This document shows, one piece after another, positions 9,343 to 18,905 of a stretch of DNA of 64,000 nt. The DNA lies in contig CP060228.1 in assembly GCA_023898565.1 (NCBI GenBank), positions 496,594 through 560,593 of the forward strand. Direction: 5' to 3'. The first letter of the stretch is position 1, and every line of letters begins with the position of its first letter. The notes below the pieces were generated by a model, which was given only the letters and a program-made list of their open reading frames with translations, searched no databases and had not been told where the DNA came from. The DNA comes from Candidatus Nomurabacteria bacterium (GTDB taxonomy: Bacteria; Patescibacteriota; Minisyncoccia; Phycocordibacterales; UBA918). A program made the position numbers and the translations under genes.

Positions 9343-10560
9343 TTAGTTCATATCGATAATCAAGCCGCCCCAGGTAAATTCTTGAGCTCCTTGTCCAATG
9401 CCTGTTTCTGGGTGGTAGTTTTCCCGAAAGCCGCTCTGTGTAATAAGTTTTTTACTCTGCTGCTTTAGTTCATTCGCCAAATCAGTAAAGCCGTTTCGCT
9501 TAAGTCCGTGGTATACGCACCAGTTACTCGCCATCCAGATTGAGCCGCGCCAGTCTGGATGTTGCCATGGTTGACCCCAAGCTGGTTCTGCAGGGTTGTA
9601 TGTTGGGTCTGTGCTGCTTACTGTAGGGAGTCGAAATGGAGTCGAAAAGCCAGGTGAGAGATAGTGGGTTTCAACGATTCGTTTTGCCTCAGCTTTAGTA
9701 TATTGGCCGGTCAGAAGTGGTGCAAAGTGTGACCAAGAATCAACGGTAGTTACCTTCTGTTCTTTCGCTCCATACAAACTACGATACACGGTACCGTCAA
9801 ACATATGTTCGCGCATAGCAGTAGCGATTTGATGACGATTGACTGCTAGTTGTTTGGCAATTGGCCGATCATTTAGTTCGGTGGCGATATGTTCCAATGC
9901 TTCAGTGTTAAGTATCATAAAGACATTGAACGGCACATCCTCTACCCAGAAGGACGTGGCGGTGCAGCCTACGGCGTCAAATCTACATTCTCGATGAACA
10001 TCAAATAACGCAACACGTTTTTCTCGGTGCACTGCGACGTCATGCTGCGAAGGAAGGTTCAGAGCCTCATCAAAGCGCGGTGAGTTGTCTTCACCAGATT
10101 CGTCAGGATTGATAATTCCAAGTAAGGAGCGCCCTGGTTGTTGTCGATTAATCAGATAATGGTGAAATCGGAGCAGGTGCGGGTAAAGCTGTTCCAGCCA
10201 ATCGCGATTTTTAGATGTCTGGTAGACACGCCAAGCGGCGTACGCTATAAGCGGTGGCTGTGTATGACTGCTGGTTTCTTGTACTCCCCAGTTGATTCGC
10301 ATCACGTCAAGGTTTGATTCCCAGTACAATATGTGTGGAATCATCCCGTCATCCCACTGTTTGGTAATTAGTGATGATAGTTCCGCTTCAGCAGCAGCCG
10401 GCTCAAGATGGGTGAGTATAATTGCATGAAAGCAAGAATCCCAGAGCCACTGATACGGGTAAGAGTCTGGGCTCGGGGTGGTGTATTGGTTCCCGTTTTT
10501 CTGACGTCGATTCCGTTGTAGCAGTTGATGTATGGCTTGTTGTTGCACCAAGGAAAGCAT
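9343..10560 (-). CDS. Glycoside hydrolase of the (alpha/alpha)6-barrel type (GH63 / mannosylglycerate-hydrolase-like or GH37-like)
   Basis: YPYQWLWDSCFHA motif and a second acidic region typical of GH63/trehalase-like six-hairpin glycosidases; 405 aa. Confidence 0.55.
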   Translation of the reverse strand: MLSLVQQQAIHQLLQRNRRQKNGNQYTTPSPDSYPYQWLWDSCFHAIILTHLEPAAAEAELSSLITKQWDDGMIPHILYWESNLDVMRINWGVQETSSHTQPPLIAYAAWRVYQTSKNRDWLEQLYPHLLRFHHYLINRQQPGRSLLGIINPDESGEDNSPRFDEALNLPSQHDVAVHREKRVALFDVHRECRFDAVGCTATSFWVEDVPFNVFMILNTEALEHIATELNDRPIAKQLAVNRHQIATAMREHMFDGTVYRSLYGAKEQKVTTVDSWSHFAPLLTGQYTKAEAKRIVETHYLSPGFSTPFRLPTVSSTDPTYNPAEPAWGQPWQHPDWRGSIWMASNWCVYHGLKRNGFTDLANELKQQSKKLITQSGFRENYHPETGIGQGAQEFTWGGLIIDMN

Positions 10561-10678
10561 TAGAAAAAGTATACCAACCCCGCTGTGATTACAGAGGAGT
10601 CTTGTCCGCAGGTATTGACAGGTTTATTTTTTAAGGTAAATATTTATACAGCTTTACGTTGTCAATCAGGAGGTTGCA

Positions 10679-11059
10679 ATGACTATACGCAAGTCCCTGT
10701 GGTTGCCACGAGACTGGATATTTCCGTTTCTGTTCTTTCTGATTTCGTCTGCGTTTATTGGTGGAATCGTCGTGGGTGAGCGGTTGAGTCCGCTTTTTCA
10801 CCTCAATCGCATCACGCAATATGGCTCGACTGAGTTTGGTCTTGCGTACGAAGATGAGTCGACTGCTCAATTGGATTGCACAAATGCTCAGGTAAGCATT
10901 CGCATCGTCCACAGAGTGAGCTCAGGCGATATGCTGTGTAGCAGCGCTCACGATTATTGCCTGTCAGTAACTTTGCTGAAATTTGTGAATTGTATTCCTG
11001 AGGATAACCGCATTTTTCTGGATAAACCACTTTTAATTCCAGAAGATGTTCCCGTGTAA
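10679..11059 (+). CDS. Hypothetical small membrane protein
   Basis: Good SD (AGGAGG, 6 nt) before ATG; N-terminal hydrophobic helix; no motif recognised. Confidence 0.35.
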   Translation: MTIRKSLWLPRDWIFPFLFFLISSAFIGGIVVGERLSPLFHLNRITQYGSTEFGLAYEDESTAQLDCTNAQVSIRIVHRVSSGDMLCSSAHDYCLSVTLLKFVNCIPEDNRIFLDKPLLIPEDVPV

Positions 11060-11119
11060 CGTACAAGTCTTCCGTCAAGACAGAGGACTTTGCTGCAAAG
11101 GCTATAACTGGAGGTACGC

Positions 11120-11449
11120 ATGAAGCCGGAAATGATGTCGTGGGACGATGTCGATCGTTATTCGCTTATCGGTTGTGAGCTGGCGCATAAAAAAGGCGCT
11201 CAGAATCGGTGCGGTCAAATCAGTGCGGTGAACACAGCGGCGACAGATTTATTTGTAATTACGGTGGACTGGGACGCCGTGACCAGGGAGGAGTTTGAGG
11301 TGGTGCCGATGGAGAATCAGGTATTCAATGCCGGGTGCGGATGTATTACGTTTTATCACTCGGCACTCGGAACGGTCATTATCCGTCCACCAGCTTGCGC
11401 AAAAACGCCTCGTCTATGTGGTAGAGAAGCGCAGTCGTCGTTGTTTTAA
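11120..11449 (+). CDS. Hypothetical protein
   Basis: SD GGAGG precedes ATG and the ORF is followed by a tandem terminator; no motif recognised. Confidence 0.35.
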   Translation: MKPEMMSWDDVDRYSLIGCELAHKKGAQNRCGQISAVNTAATDLFVITVDWDAVTREEFEVVPMENQVFNAGCGCITFYHSALGTVIIRPPACAKTPRLCGREAQSSLF

Positions 11450-11514
11450 AAAGCCCGGCAGTCAAAGACTGCCGGGCTTTAAAAAATGAAAGCCCGCCAT
11501 AAATGGCGGGCGTG
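11449..11514. terminator. Two adjacent GC-rich hairpins with flanking A/T runs; bidirectional intrinsic terminator pair
   Basis: GCCCGGCAGTCAAAGACTGCCGGGC followed by TTT, and GCCCGCCATAAATGGCGGGC. Confidence 0.6.
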
Positions 11515-11534
11515 TACTGTGCAGCCTGATACGT

Positions 11535-11822
11535 TTAGTGGCCAAACATCGCTTTGGTGAAGCGGTCCGCTTCGGCGGCAGTCAGTTGTTTGCAGCTGCG
11601 CAGCTTGCCATCGAAGACAAGCATGTGGCAGTCCGGCTCGAAGATGACCTTGAAGGTGTTGTGTGCGTGTGACCGTTGAATGTACTGCTTGCAGCGGCTT
11701 GCTGCCGCTTCAATTCCCGTGACAGACGTAATCGATCCTTCCAGGTCAGACCATTCGATCTTATAAGACACATTGTTTCTACCGTGTTCGGTTCGGTACA
11801 CCCTGATGTGAACGACAGACAT
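11535..11822 (-). CDS. Hypothetical protein (GC-rich block)
   Basis: 95-aa ORF in a region that looks locally GC-richer; no motif recognised. Confidence 0.35.
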   Translation of the reverse strand: MSVVHIRVYRTEHGRNNVSYKIEWSDLEGSITSVTGIEAAASRCKQYIQRSHAHNTFKVIFEPDCHMLVFDGKLRSCKQLTAAEADRFTKAMFGH

Positions 11823-11997
11823 TGCTGCTCCTTGTGGCGTTTACGTAACAATACCCATTGAAATAATAAAATATTTTTTTAAAATGTCAATATAAACCCA
11901 TTCGTCACATAGACAAAAGGTGATTTAGCTATATATTTGTAAACGGCGACACCATGTCCCACTTGTTCTTATCAAAATTCAAAGAAGGAGAGTCTCA

Positions 11998-12534
11998 ATG
12001 AAGACAGCAACGCAGTACTACCAAGCCATGCGTGAGTTCGATCACTCAGCTGCTGTGGCACTCATGCAGCGTGAGCATCCGGAGTTGTCCGCCGCTCAAG
12101 TTGACGAAGCATTTGATGCTTGGCTGCAGTGGATGGCCGGTCATGCCGTCAATCCGCATCAAGAACATACGTACGTCATGTTGCTCGGTCCGGTCGACGA
12201 AGCATTTCATGCGGCGGTGCTTTGCACTCGCTCGTACATGCAATTCTGCCAGTTTGAAGTTGGTTTTTTCGTGCATCATACGCCGGTTGCAGCTGAAGAA
12301 GCGCAGGCCCTGATTGACGAGGGGGCGGTGCACTACACCATTCAGTTTCTGCGTGAGCAATTCGGTCTCGATTTGTCGCCCGCGCTGGTGCGCTGGGAAA
12401 AAGACTTCGATGCTGGCAAGATTGGTCCGTCGGCAGTGTCTTGCAAGTTCGGCATGAATTCGTCGGCGGATGCAGAATTTCTGAGGCATTTCGGCCTGAC
12501 CAGCTACACTGAACGTTGGCAACGGGCTGCATAG
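11998..12534 (+). CDS. Hypothetical protein (GC-rich block)
   Basis: Strong SD AAGGAG 7 nt before ATG; 178 aa; no motif recognised. Confidence 0.45.
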   Translation: MKTATQYYQAMREFDHSAAVALMQREHPELSAAQVDEAFDAWLQWMAGHAVNPHQEHTYVMLLGPVDEAFHAAVLCTRSYMQFCQFEVGFFVHHTPVAAEEAQALIDEGAVHYTIQFLREQFGLDLSPALVRWEKDFDAGKIGPSAVSCKFGMNSSADAEFLRHFGLTSYTERWQRAA

Positions 12535-12597
12535 CAGTACTTTCTAGAACATCTCACCTACACAAAAGCCCCCTAGGGGGCTTTTACATTGCTCAGT

Positions 12598-13410
12598 TTA
12601 CCGAGCGTTCTGTGCAGCGAGGAGTTGCAGTAAGACTGCAATCAGTTGCTGGAGCTGCTCAATTTGTTTAAGCATAACTGCCCGAGTTTTGTCGTCAGTA
12701 GACGAATCATCCTTTGTTGATTCATGCTCCTCTTCATCTTCTTCAGACTCGTCTTCGTCGTCATGCTCTTCCTCCATTTCTTCTGCTTCACTTTCGTCTT
12801 CTAGGTAATCCTCAATATCAAGTTTCAATTCGTCAAAGACTTCTTCGGCTAGTTCAGCTGCGTCATCCGCGAGATTTTCTGCTTCAGCGTAGTCTTTATC
12901 GTCATAGGCGTCTTCAGCATCATCAAAAAGATCGGCAGCCTGATCGTATAGTTCAGCTGCTTCGTCGTAGTGCAAGTTGTCACGGTCGGTGTCGTCAAGC
13001 ACATCATCGGCGAGGTCTACCAATAGTTCCGCGTGCTTGATTGCTGCCTTAGCGTCTTGTTTCACTTCATCGTCAAGGTCATCGTAGGCCTCTTCGAGTA
13101 GTTCGTAGGCCTGTTCTGCAAACTCAAGTGCCTCATCCCAATCTTCATCTGCATCTTGTTTTTCTGCATCCTCTAGAAAATCATCAGCATCATCAAGTGA
13201 ATCTTCTGCGTAGCCAATATAAAAACCTTCTTCATCGGCATATTCCATGAGGCTGATAAGGTCTGCTCGCAGTTCCTTAACGTCCTTAATCATGTCATTG
13301 GCTTCGTTCTCAAATTCCTCAGAACCAGCGAATGCAGTGCCAGCAAAAAGAGTAAGGGTGAGGAGTGCGACCAGCGCTCCAGAAAATGTGTGGGTACGTG
13401 TTATTTCCAT
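12598..13410 (-). CDS. Secreted highly acidic (Asp/Glu-rich) helical protein
   Basis: N-terminal signal-like LVALLTLTLFAGTAFAG, then long D/E-rich repeats such as DDAEDAYDD and EEHDDEDESEEDEEEH. Confidence 0.5.
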   Translation of the reverse strand: MEITRTHTFSGALVALLTLTLFAGTAFAGSEEFENEANDMIKDVKELRADLISLMEYADEEGFYIGYAEDSLDDADDFLEDAEKQDADEDWDEALEFAEQAYELLEEAYDDLDDEVKQDAKAAIKHAELLVDLADDVLDDTDRDNLHYDEAAELYDQAADLFDDAEDAYDDKDYAEAENLADDAAELAEEVFDELKLDIEDYLEDESEAEEMEEEHDDEDESEEDEEEHESTKDDSSTDDKTRAVMLKQIEQLQQLIAVLLQLLAAQNAR

Positions 13411-13728
13411 ACAAGTTAATTTAACTATTATTGTGAATTACATAATACAAAGTATTTTAGATTTATGAAGTCTTTAAATCCCGAGTTTGTTTTTTCGTTT
13501 CGCTCAGTTTCAAGGTATTATTTTGCAATCTGTACTTGAGACTCAAAATAAAACCACCGTATGGTGGTTTTATTTTGTTATGTGGAATACTTTGCACCAA
13601 GTTAAAACCTCTTTGATTGAAATGGAGTGTCCGAATTTTTTGAAGGTGGTGGATTTGTGGTGAGATAAAAGAAAACCGCCCGACCTTGTGAGCCGAGCGG
13701 TTCTCGGTCTCACCTTGGTCAGGCGGTG

Positions 13729-14524
13729 TCAGGCAGCAATGCCGTAGCGTTCAGCGATTATGGGAACGTGTTGCGCGTAGAAGTCGACGACTTCCGTGGC
13801 ACGCTTGATGTACGCGACCTGGTTCGCGGCCAGTTCTTCCTCGGTCAGCGGCTCGACAACACCTTCACGGATTTGCTCTGCCAGTTCGGCAGGAAGCAGG
13901 TTGGCGAAGGCCTCGTCCTCGTGCTGTGCAAGCATGCGGCGCAGTCCGTAGAAGTCCGAACGCTTGAAGAGGGTGTTCTGGTCGGTCGTGCGGAAGTAAT
14001 GACCGCCGTTGCTGCCGCCGTGTGTCCACGGCGCATTTGAATGGCAGTGCATCACCCAATCCCAGCCAGGACACAGCATCTTCGCCGAAATCCAGTCGTA
14101 TTCGACGGCCTTGCGGTCGTCCGTCGCTCCGCCGACGTAAATCATGATTTCGTCGCCGATTTCGAAGTGCTTGACGCCGCGGAATTGCGGCAGAACGAAC
14201 TTGATTTCGGTCGCGTCTGCACGGAGTTGGTCAAGCAAACCGATGAGCGCCGTCATGTTCCGTTGGATGAGTCCGCTCCGAGCGCCTTCAGCCCGAACTT
14301 CTTCGGTCAGCAGGCCTGACTTCGTTTTCTTCTTGCCGAGCTTGTCGATGGATTTCTGAACCTTGCCGAGATATTCGACCGCTTCAGCAACCTGGTCGGA
14401 AGCAGAAGACGAAATCGCGTCGATATTGGCAGAGCCGAGGGTCTTGCTGACGGCCTGGATACGCAGGGAAGGGAGTGAGAAAACAGCCGTAGCGTAATCC
14501 CACAAGTCTTGTTGGTTGGACATG
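13729..14524 (-). CDS. Hypothetical protein (GC-rich block); the track ORF extends to 14595 and the internal Met at 14524 is the more likely start
   Basis: 288-aa ORF with contains-Cys/His/Trp motif CPGWDWVMHCHSNAPWTHGGSNGGHYF; no family recognised. Confidence 0.4.
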
Positions 14525-14659
14525 TCATCGTCTCCTGTTGTGATGCCAAAATGGCGGGAACAAGTAGGCCAAATGGCCAGTTGCTGGTCGAACAATATAA
14601 TGAAAGTGGTGTTTTGTAAATAGAGGTTCTAATTTCCAAACATCTCTCCAAAATAAAGC

Positions 14660-14690
14660 AAAACGAGCCTTATAATATAAGGCTCGTTTT
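14660..14690. terminator. Intrinsic terminator hairpin with A-run and T-run, immediately 3' of tmRNA on the minus strand
   Basis: AAAACGAGCC-TTATAATATAA-GGCTCGTTTT. Confidence 0.6.
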
Positions 14691-14700
14691 GCTTCAGATT

Positions 14701-15096
14701 TGGTGGAGATGGGGGGAGTTGAACCCCCGTCCGAATTAGGGCGCGATTGCGAGTCTACAGTGCGTAGTTAACCTTTTAGTTTAAGGGTGATAGCTAGAAG
14801 ATTAACCAAACACTATCACCTCGAGTTCATACAATTTAGACGTGCCTACGTGAACGGCGTAGGAATATCGAGCCTCATGGCTATTCTACCCGGGCAGTCG
14901 TATGAGACGTTTGACTTCCGAGCATCGCACCGGCGAGCGTTTATTTACGCAAAAGCGGGTGTGAATCCGAACGCGCGAGCGTAAGGACTTGGTACTGCTT
15001 TGTTTGCACGTACAGAGTGATCCGTCTTTACGAATTAGAATCATTTTCGACACTGCACACAACCGACACGACTAACCGTCGATGCCTAGCATCCCC
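14701..15096 (-). ncRNA. ssrA: tmRNA (SsrA, transfer-messenger RNA)
   Basis: Minus-strand 5' end GGGGATGCTAGGCATCGACGG and 3' end GGACGGGGGTTCAACTCCCCCCATCTCCACCA: a tRNA-Ala-like acceptor with the G3·U70 wobble and an encoded CCA. The internal tag reading frame ends ...FGFTPAFA-TAA; the resume codon was not determined. Lies next to smpB. Confidence 0.85.
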
Positions 15097-15224
15097 TGAG
15101 TGATCGCGGGCGGGAATTTTCCGGAGGAAAATTCCCGCCGTGATCGTGAGCACTCAGGGAAGAATGTACAAATTTTGCTTAGCTACAAAGCAGTGGGCCG
15201 GACGACTTCGTCGTCCGGCAAAGA

Positions 15225-15443
15225 TCAGTGAATCGTAGGCTGTTTGGCCGGCGGTTCTGGAACGTAATCGGGGTCGACCAAAGTGTCGACCGGAAGGGAA
15301 GCGGGTCGCTCTTGTGGCACTTCCTGCAGGTTTTCAGACGGAATCTCCGGTACTGATTCCACGCTATCAGTGTAGTCCTGACTCGTCTCTTCGTGGTCGA
15401 TTCGTTCCATCGGACCACCAATGTCTCCAATATAGACACTCAT
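15225..15443 (-). CDS. Hypothetical small acidic Pro-rich protein between smpB and ssrA
   Basis: SD GGGAGG 7 nt before ATG (MSVYIGD...); about 72 aa; no motif recognised. Confidence 0.3.
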   Translation of the reverse strand: MSVYIGDIGGPMERIDHEETSQDYTDSVESVPEIPSENLQEVPQERPASLPVDTLVDPDYVPEPPAKQPTIH

Positions 15444-15491
15444 GATGAGTCCTCCCAAAATGTGTGAGCACCATTGCTCACTGCTTTGTAG

Positions 15492-15941
15492 CTAATACTG
15501 ATTTTTCAAAGTGCGGGCGATATCGCGTTTGCTGTCTCGCTCCTTCAAGCTCTCGCGCTTATCGTGTTTCTTTTTACCACGAGCCACGCCAATTTCGAGC
15601 TTGATATGCCTGTTATTATTATACAATTTAATAGGCACTATTGTCAAACGGTCCGTTTCGGACTGGCGCTTGAGTTCGGCAATCTGTTTCCTCGATAGGA
15701 GCAGTTTGCGTGGCCGGTCGGTTTCGTAGCTTTTGGGAGTATTGGGTGCTTGGTAAGGGCTGATAGTTGCTCCCACGAGAAAAGCTTCATCGCCACGAAT
15801 AATCACATACGAGCCTTCGAGTTTTACCTTGCCAGTGCGGATAGATTTGGCTTCAAAACCGAAGAGCACTAAGCCCGCTTCGACAGTTTCTAAAATGTCG
15901 AAGTCGAAGCGGGCTTTGCGGTTTTGAATATATGTGGTCAT
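15492..15941 (-). CDS. smpB: SsrA-binding protein SmpB
   Basis: KARFDFDILETVEAGLVLFGFEAKSIR...KLLLSRKQI... with a basic C-terminal tail; adjacent to the tmRNA. Confidence 0.9.
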   Translation of the reverse strand: MTTYIQNRKARFDFDILETVEAGLVLFGFEAKSIRTGKVKLEGSYVIIRGDEAFLVGATISPYQAPNTPKSYETDRPRKLLLSRKQIAELKRQSETDRLTIVPIKLYNNNRHIKLEIGVARGKKKHDKRESLKERDSKRDIARTLKNQY

Positions 15942-16058
15942 AGAATTTGTCTTGCTACTCTAGCATGGCATCATTTGTATTCAAGCCACTGCTTTCTGTG
16001 GCGTGATTTATTTTTTGCGTAGCGTTTGCAGTCTATTTCTGTATAATAACCTGCACAT

Positions 16059-18167
16059 ATGAATAAGCCTGAAAATACTGAGAATAACAAAGAAAAAGAG
16101 CTGCAAACACCAGAAGAGTCACAAAAAAATGGTGTAGTGAAGCCTGATTCAAGTCGCAACGAGCCGCGTCCGATTCCTAAAGCTGATGACCCGAAAAGTC
16201 CGGCACGGTTGCGACAAGGGGGCAAAAAGTTACCGGTTGGTCCGGGAAACTTTTGGAACAACATGCTGTCGACATTGTTGCTACTTATCTTTATTACCGC
16301 CTTGTTTTCGTATTTAACAGAAAATAAAGCGACGGAACCAGATCAGCTGACTATCACTGACGTGGTAGAGCAGGTGAGGGCTGGGGAGGTGAAGGAGATT
16401 GTGGTGCGCGGCACTGAGCTTGAAGTGACATACGTCGATGAGACCAAAACACACGGTATTGCCAAGCGTGAAGTCGACGCGTCTATTTCTGAATCACTCA
16501 CCAATCTCGGGGTTACTTCTGATGAGTTGGCGAACATTTCTATTGACGTGCAGCGTGAGACAGGCTTCTTGTATTGGTTTGGCCAGTTTGCGCCATTCAT
16601 GTTTCCGCTCATTTTACTTGGTGTGATTATTTGGTTTTTCACACGCAGTGTAAAGGGGGCGGGTATGCAGGCGATGAGTTTTGGTTCTTCGAAAGCGCGC
16701 ATGATTGATCCAAACGATCAAAATCAAAAAGTTACCTTCAAAGATGTGGCTGGGGCTAAAGAGGCCAAGCAGGAACTCGAAGAAATTGTTGATTTTCTCC
16801 GTAATCCAAAAAAGTTTCTCGATATTGGTGCGGAGATTCCAAAGGGAGTGATGATGATGGGTTCTCCGGGAACAGGTAAGACGCTCTTGGCGCGTGCAGT
16901 AGCCGGGGAAGCAGGTGTGCCCTTCTTCTCAATTTCTGGTTCAGAGTTCGTGGAAATGTTTGTGGGCGTAGGTGCGTCACGAGTACGCGACCTTTTCCAG
17001 ATGGCAAAGAAAGCTGCTCCAGCAATTATTTTCGTAGACGAAATCGACGCGGTCGGCCGCGTGCGTGGTACGGGGGTAGGTGGTGGAAACGACGAACGTG
17101 AACAAACGCTCAATCAAATCTTGGTTGAAATGGATGGCTTTGAGCCAAATGCCAAGGTGATTGTGATGGCAGCCACCAATCGCCCGGATGTGCTCGATCC
17201 TGCGCTACTTCGTCCTGGACGGTTCGATCGTCGCGTAACGATTGATCTACCAGACCGCAAAGACCGCGAAGCAATTCTTGCGGTACATGCCCGCAAGAAG
17301 CCGCTGCAGGAAGATGTGAATCTAGAAATTATTGCACAACGTACTCCTGGCTTCTCGGGTGCTGATCTCTATTCACTCATGAATGAAGCAGCGATTCTTG
17401 CTGCGCGAGAAAAGCGCAAGCAAGTGGGACAATTTGATATCATCCGTTCAATCGAGAAGGTGATGCTTGGTCCGGAACGCAAAACACATGTGCTTTCGAA
17501 GTACGAGAAATTGGTGACGGCGTATCATGAAGTTGGACATGCGCTGGTCGCATCTGTTTTGCCGTACGCGGATCCGGTGCAAAAAATCTCTATTATTTCT
17601 CGCGGACGAGCCGCAGGCTATACACTTAAGCTTCCAGACCAGGATCGTCGCATGCATACCCGCAAGGAATTTCTTGATGATATCGCAATGACGCTCGGTG
17701 GATATGTGACGGAAGAAATGGTCTTTGATGATCTTTCAACCGGTCCGTCAAACGATTTGCAGGTAGTCGCTGCGATGGCGCGTGATATGGTAGCGAAGTA
17801 CGGCATGAGTGAGAAGCTTGGTCCGGTAGCCTACGATGGTATGGGTGGTCGCCTCATTGGCGGCGGTATGTCAGAAGACCGTGCCTACGGTGCGCAGGTA
17901 GCCAAGACGATTGATGAAGAAGTGACACGTATCATCGAAGAAGGAAAAAATACTGCACGTGAAATTCTTACAAAGTATCGTACCGCGCTCGATGAAATAT
18001 CTAAGAAGCTTGTTGAAGTAGAAACGCTTGAGCGTGAAGAATACGAGGCGCTTTTGAAGCAATACAATGTACCGATTAAGGATGCGTATGCTGAGATGTA
18101 TAAAGAAGAAGAGAAGATTGGTGATCCGAGTCGGGGTCTAGAGATATTGCCAGAGACAAAAGAGTAG
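16059..18167 (+). CDS. ftsH: ATP-dependent zinc metalloprotease FtsH, with an unusually long low-complexity N-terminal extension
   Basis: Walker [27 protein letters not shown] region, zinc motif HEVGHAL and TM helices; 702 aa. Confidence 0.95.
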   Translation: MNKPENTENNKEKELQTPEESQKNGVVKPDSSRNEPRPIPKADDPKSPARLRQGGKKLPVGPGNFWNNMLSTLLLLIFITALFSYLTENKATEPDQLTITDVVEQVRAGEVKEIVVRGTELEVTYVDETKTHGIAKREVDASISESLTNLGVTSDELANISIDVQRETGFLYWFGQFAPFMFPLILLGVIIWFFTRSVKGAGMQAMSFGSSKARMIDPNDQNQKVTFKDVAGAKEAKQELEEIVDFLRNPKKFLDIGAEIPKGVMMMGSPGTGKTLLARAVAGEAGVPFFSISGSEFVEMFVGVGASRVRDLFQMAKKAAPAIIFVDEIDAVGRVRGTGVGGGNDEREQTLNQILVEMDGFEPNAKVIVMAATNRPDVLDPALLRPGRFDRRVTIDLPDRKDREAILAVHARKKPLQEDVNLEIIAQRTPGFSGADLYSLMNEAAILAAREKRKQVGQFDIIRSIEKVMLGPERKTHVLSKYEKLVTAYHEVGHALVASVLPYADPVQKISIISRGRAAGYTLKLPDQDRRMHTRKEFLDDIAMTLGGYVTEEMVFDDLSTGPSNDLQVVAAMARDMVAKYGMSEKLGPVAYDGMGGRLIGGGMSEDRAYGAQVAKTIDEEVTRIIEEGKNTAREILTKYRTALDEISKKLVEVETLEREEYEALLKQYNVPIKDAYAEMYKEEEKIGDPSRGLEILPETKE

Positions 18168-18181
18168 GCAAATAAATACAT

Positions 18182-18214
18182 AAAACAGCGGGCCCGAAGG
18201 GCCCGCTGTTTTAT
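18182..18214. terminator. Bidirectional intrinsic terminator between ftsH and the convergent ABC operon
   Basis: AACAGCGGGCCCGAAGGGCCCGCTGTT followed by TTATT. Confidence 0.65.
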
Positions 18215-18904
18215 TTACTGCAGCTGTTCCTCAGTGGTCACCTGGCCGTCTTCCATGTGAATGATGCGGTGGCAGTTCATGGCATACTCACGCTCATGTG
18301 TAACCATGACGATGGTTTGGTTGTGGTCGCGGTTTAGAGCGGTAATGAGATCAATTACTTGTTGACCAGAGACACTGTCGAGGTTTGCGGTAGGTTCATC
18401 AGCAAATAAAATCTTTGGTTTACCAGCTACTGCTCGTGCGATTGAAACACGTTGTTGTTCGCCACCGGAGAGCTCAGCTGGGAGGTTGGTGTATTTGCCG
18501 GTGAGTCCCACGCTATCGATTACCGCGCGCGCAATTTGCCTTGCTTCTTGCCAAGCGGTGCCGCGCATAAGTACAGGAAGCATAACGTTCTCTTCAGCGG
18601 TGAGATCTGGTACCAGCGCGTAATTTTGAAAAATATAACCAAGAGTGTTGAGTCGAAATGAAGTTTTTCCGCGTTCGTCAAGTTGTAGTACGTTAGTGCC
18701 GTTAATCAAAACGCTTCCTTCGGTTGGCTCATCTAATACAGAAAGCTGGTACATCAACGTCGACTTACCAGCGCCTGATTTGCCCATAATGGCAACAAAT
18801 TCTCCCTCATGCACGGTAACATCAATACCTTTTAAAACATGTGTGGTAAGGTCGCCGCTGCCAAATGATCGGTGAATGTTATTTGCTTGAATAATAGGTT
18901 TCAT
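18215..18904 (-). CDS. ABC transporter ATP-binding protein (MacB/LolD-like)
   Basis: Walker A GKSGAGKST, signature LSGGEQQRVSIARA and Walker B ILFADEPT. Confidence 0.9.
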   Translation of the reverse strand: MKPIIQANNIHRSFGSGDLTTHVLKGIDVTVHEGEFVAIMGKSGAGKSTLMYQLSVLDEPTEGSVLINGTNVLQLDERGKTSFRLNTLGYIFQNYALVPDLTAEENVMLPVLMRGTAWQEARQIARAVIDSVGLTGKYTNLPAELSGGEQQRVSIARAVAGKPKILFADEPTANLDSVSGQQVIDLITALNRDHNQTIVMVTHEREYAMNCHRIIHMEDGQVTTEEQLQ

Positions 18905-18905
18905 A

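Noticed and set aside
14787-14984. 65-aa plus-strand ORF from the track
   Set aside because: It lies entirely inside the tmRNA gene on the opposite strand and has no SD; spurious.
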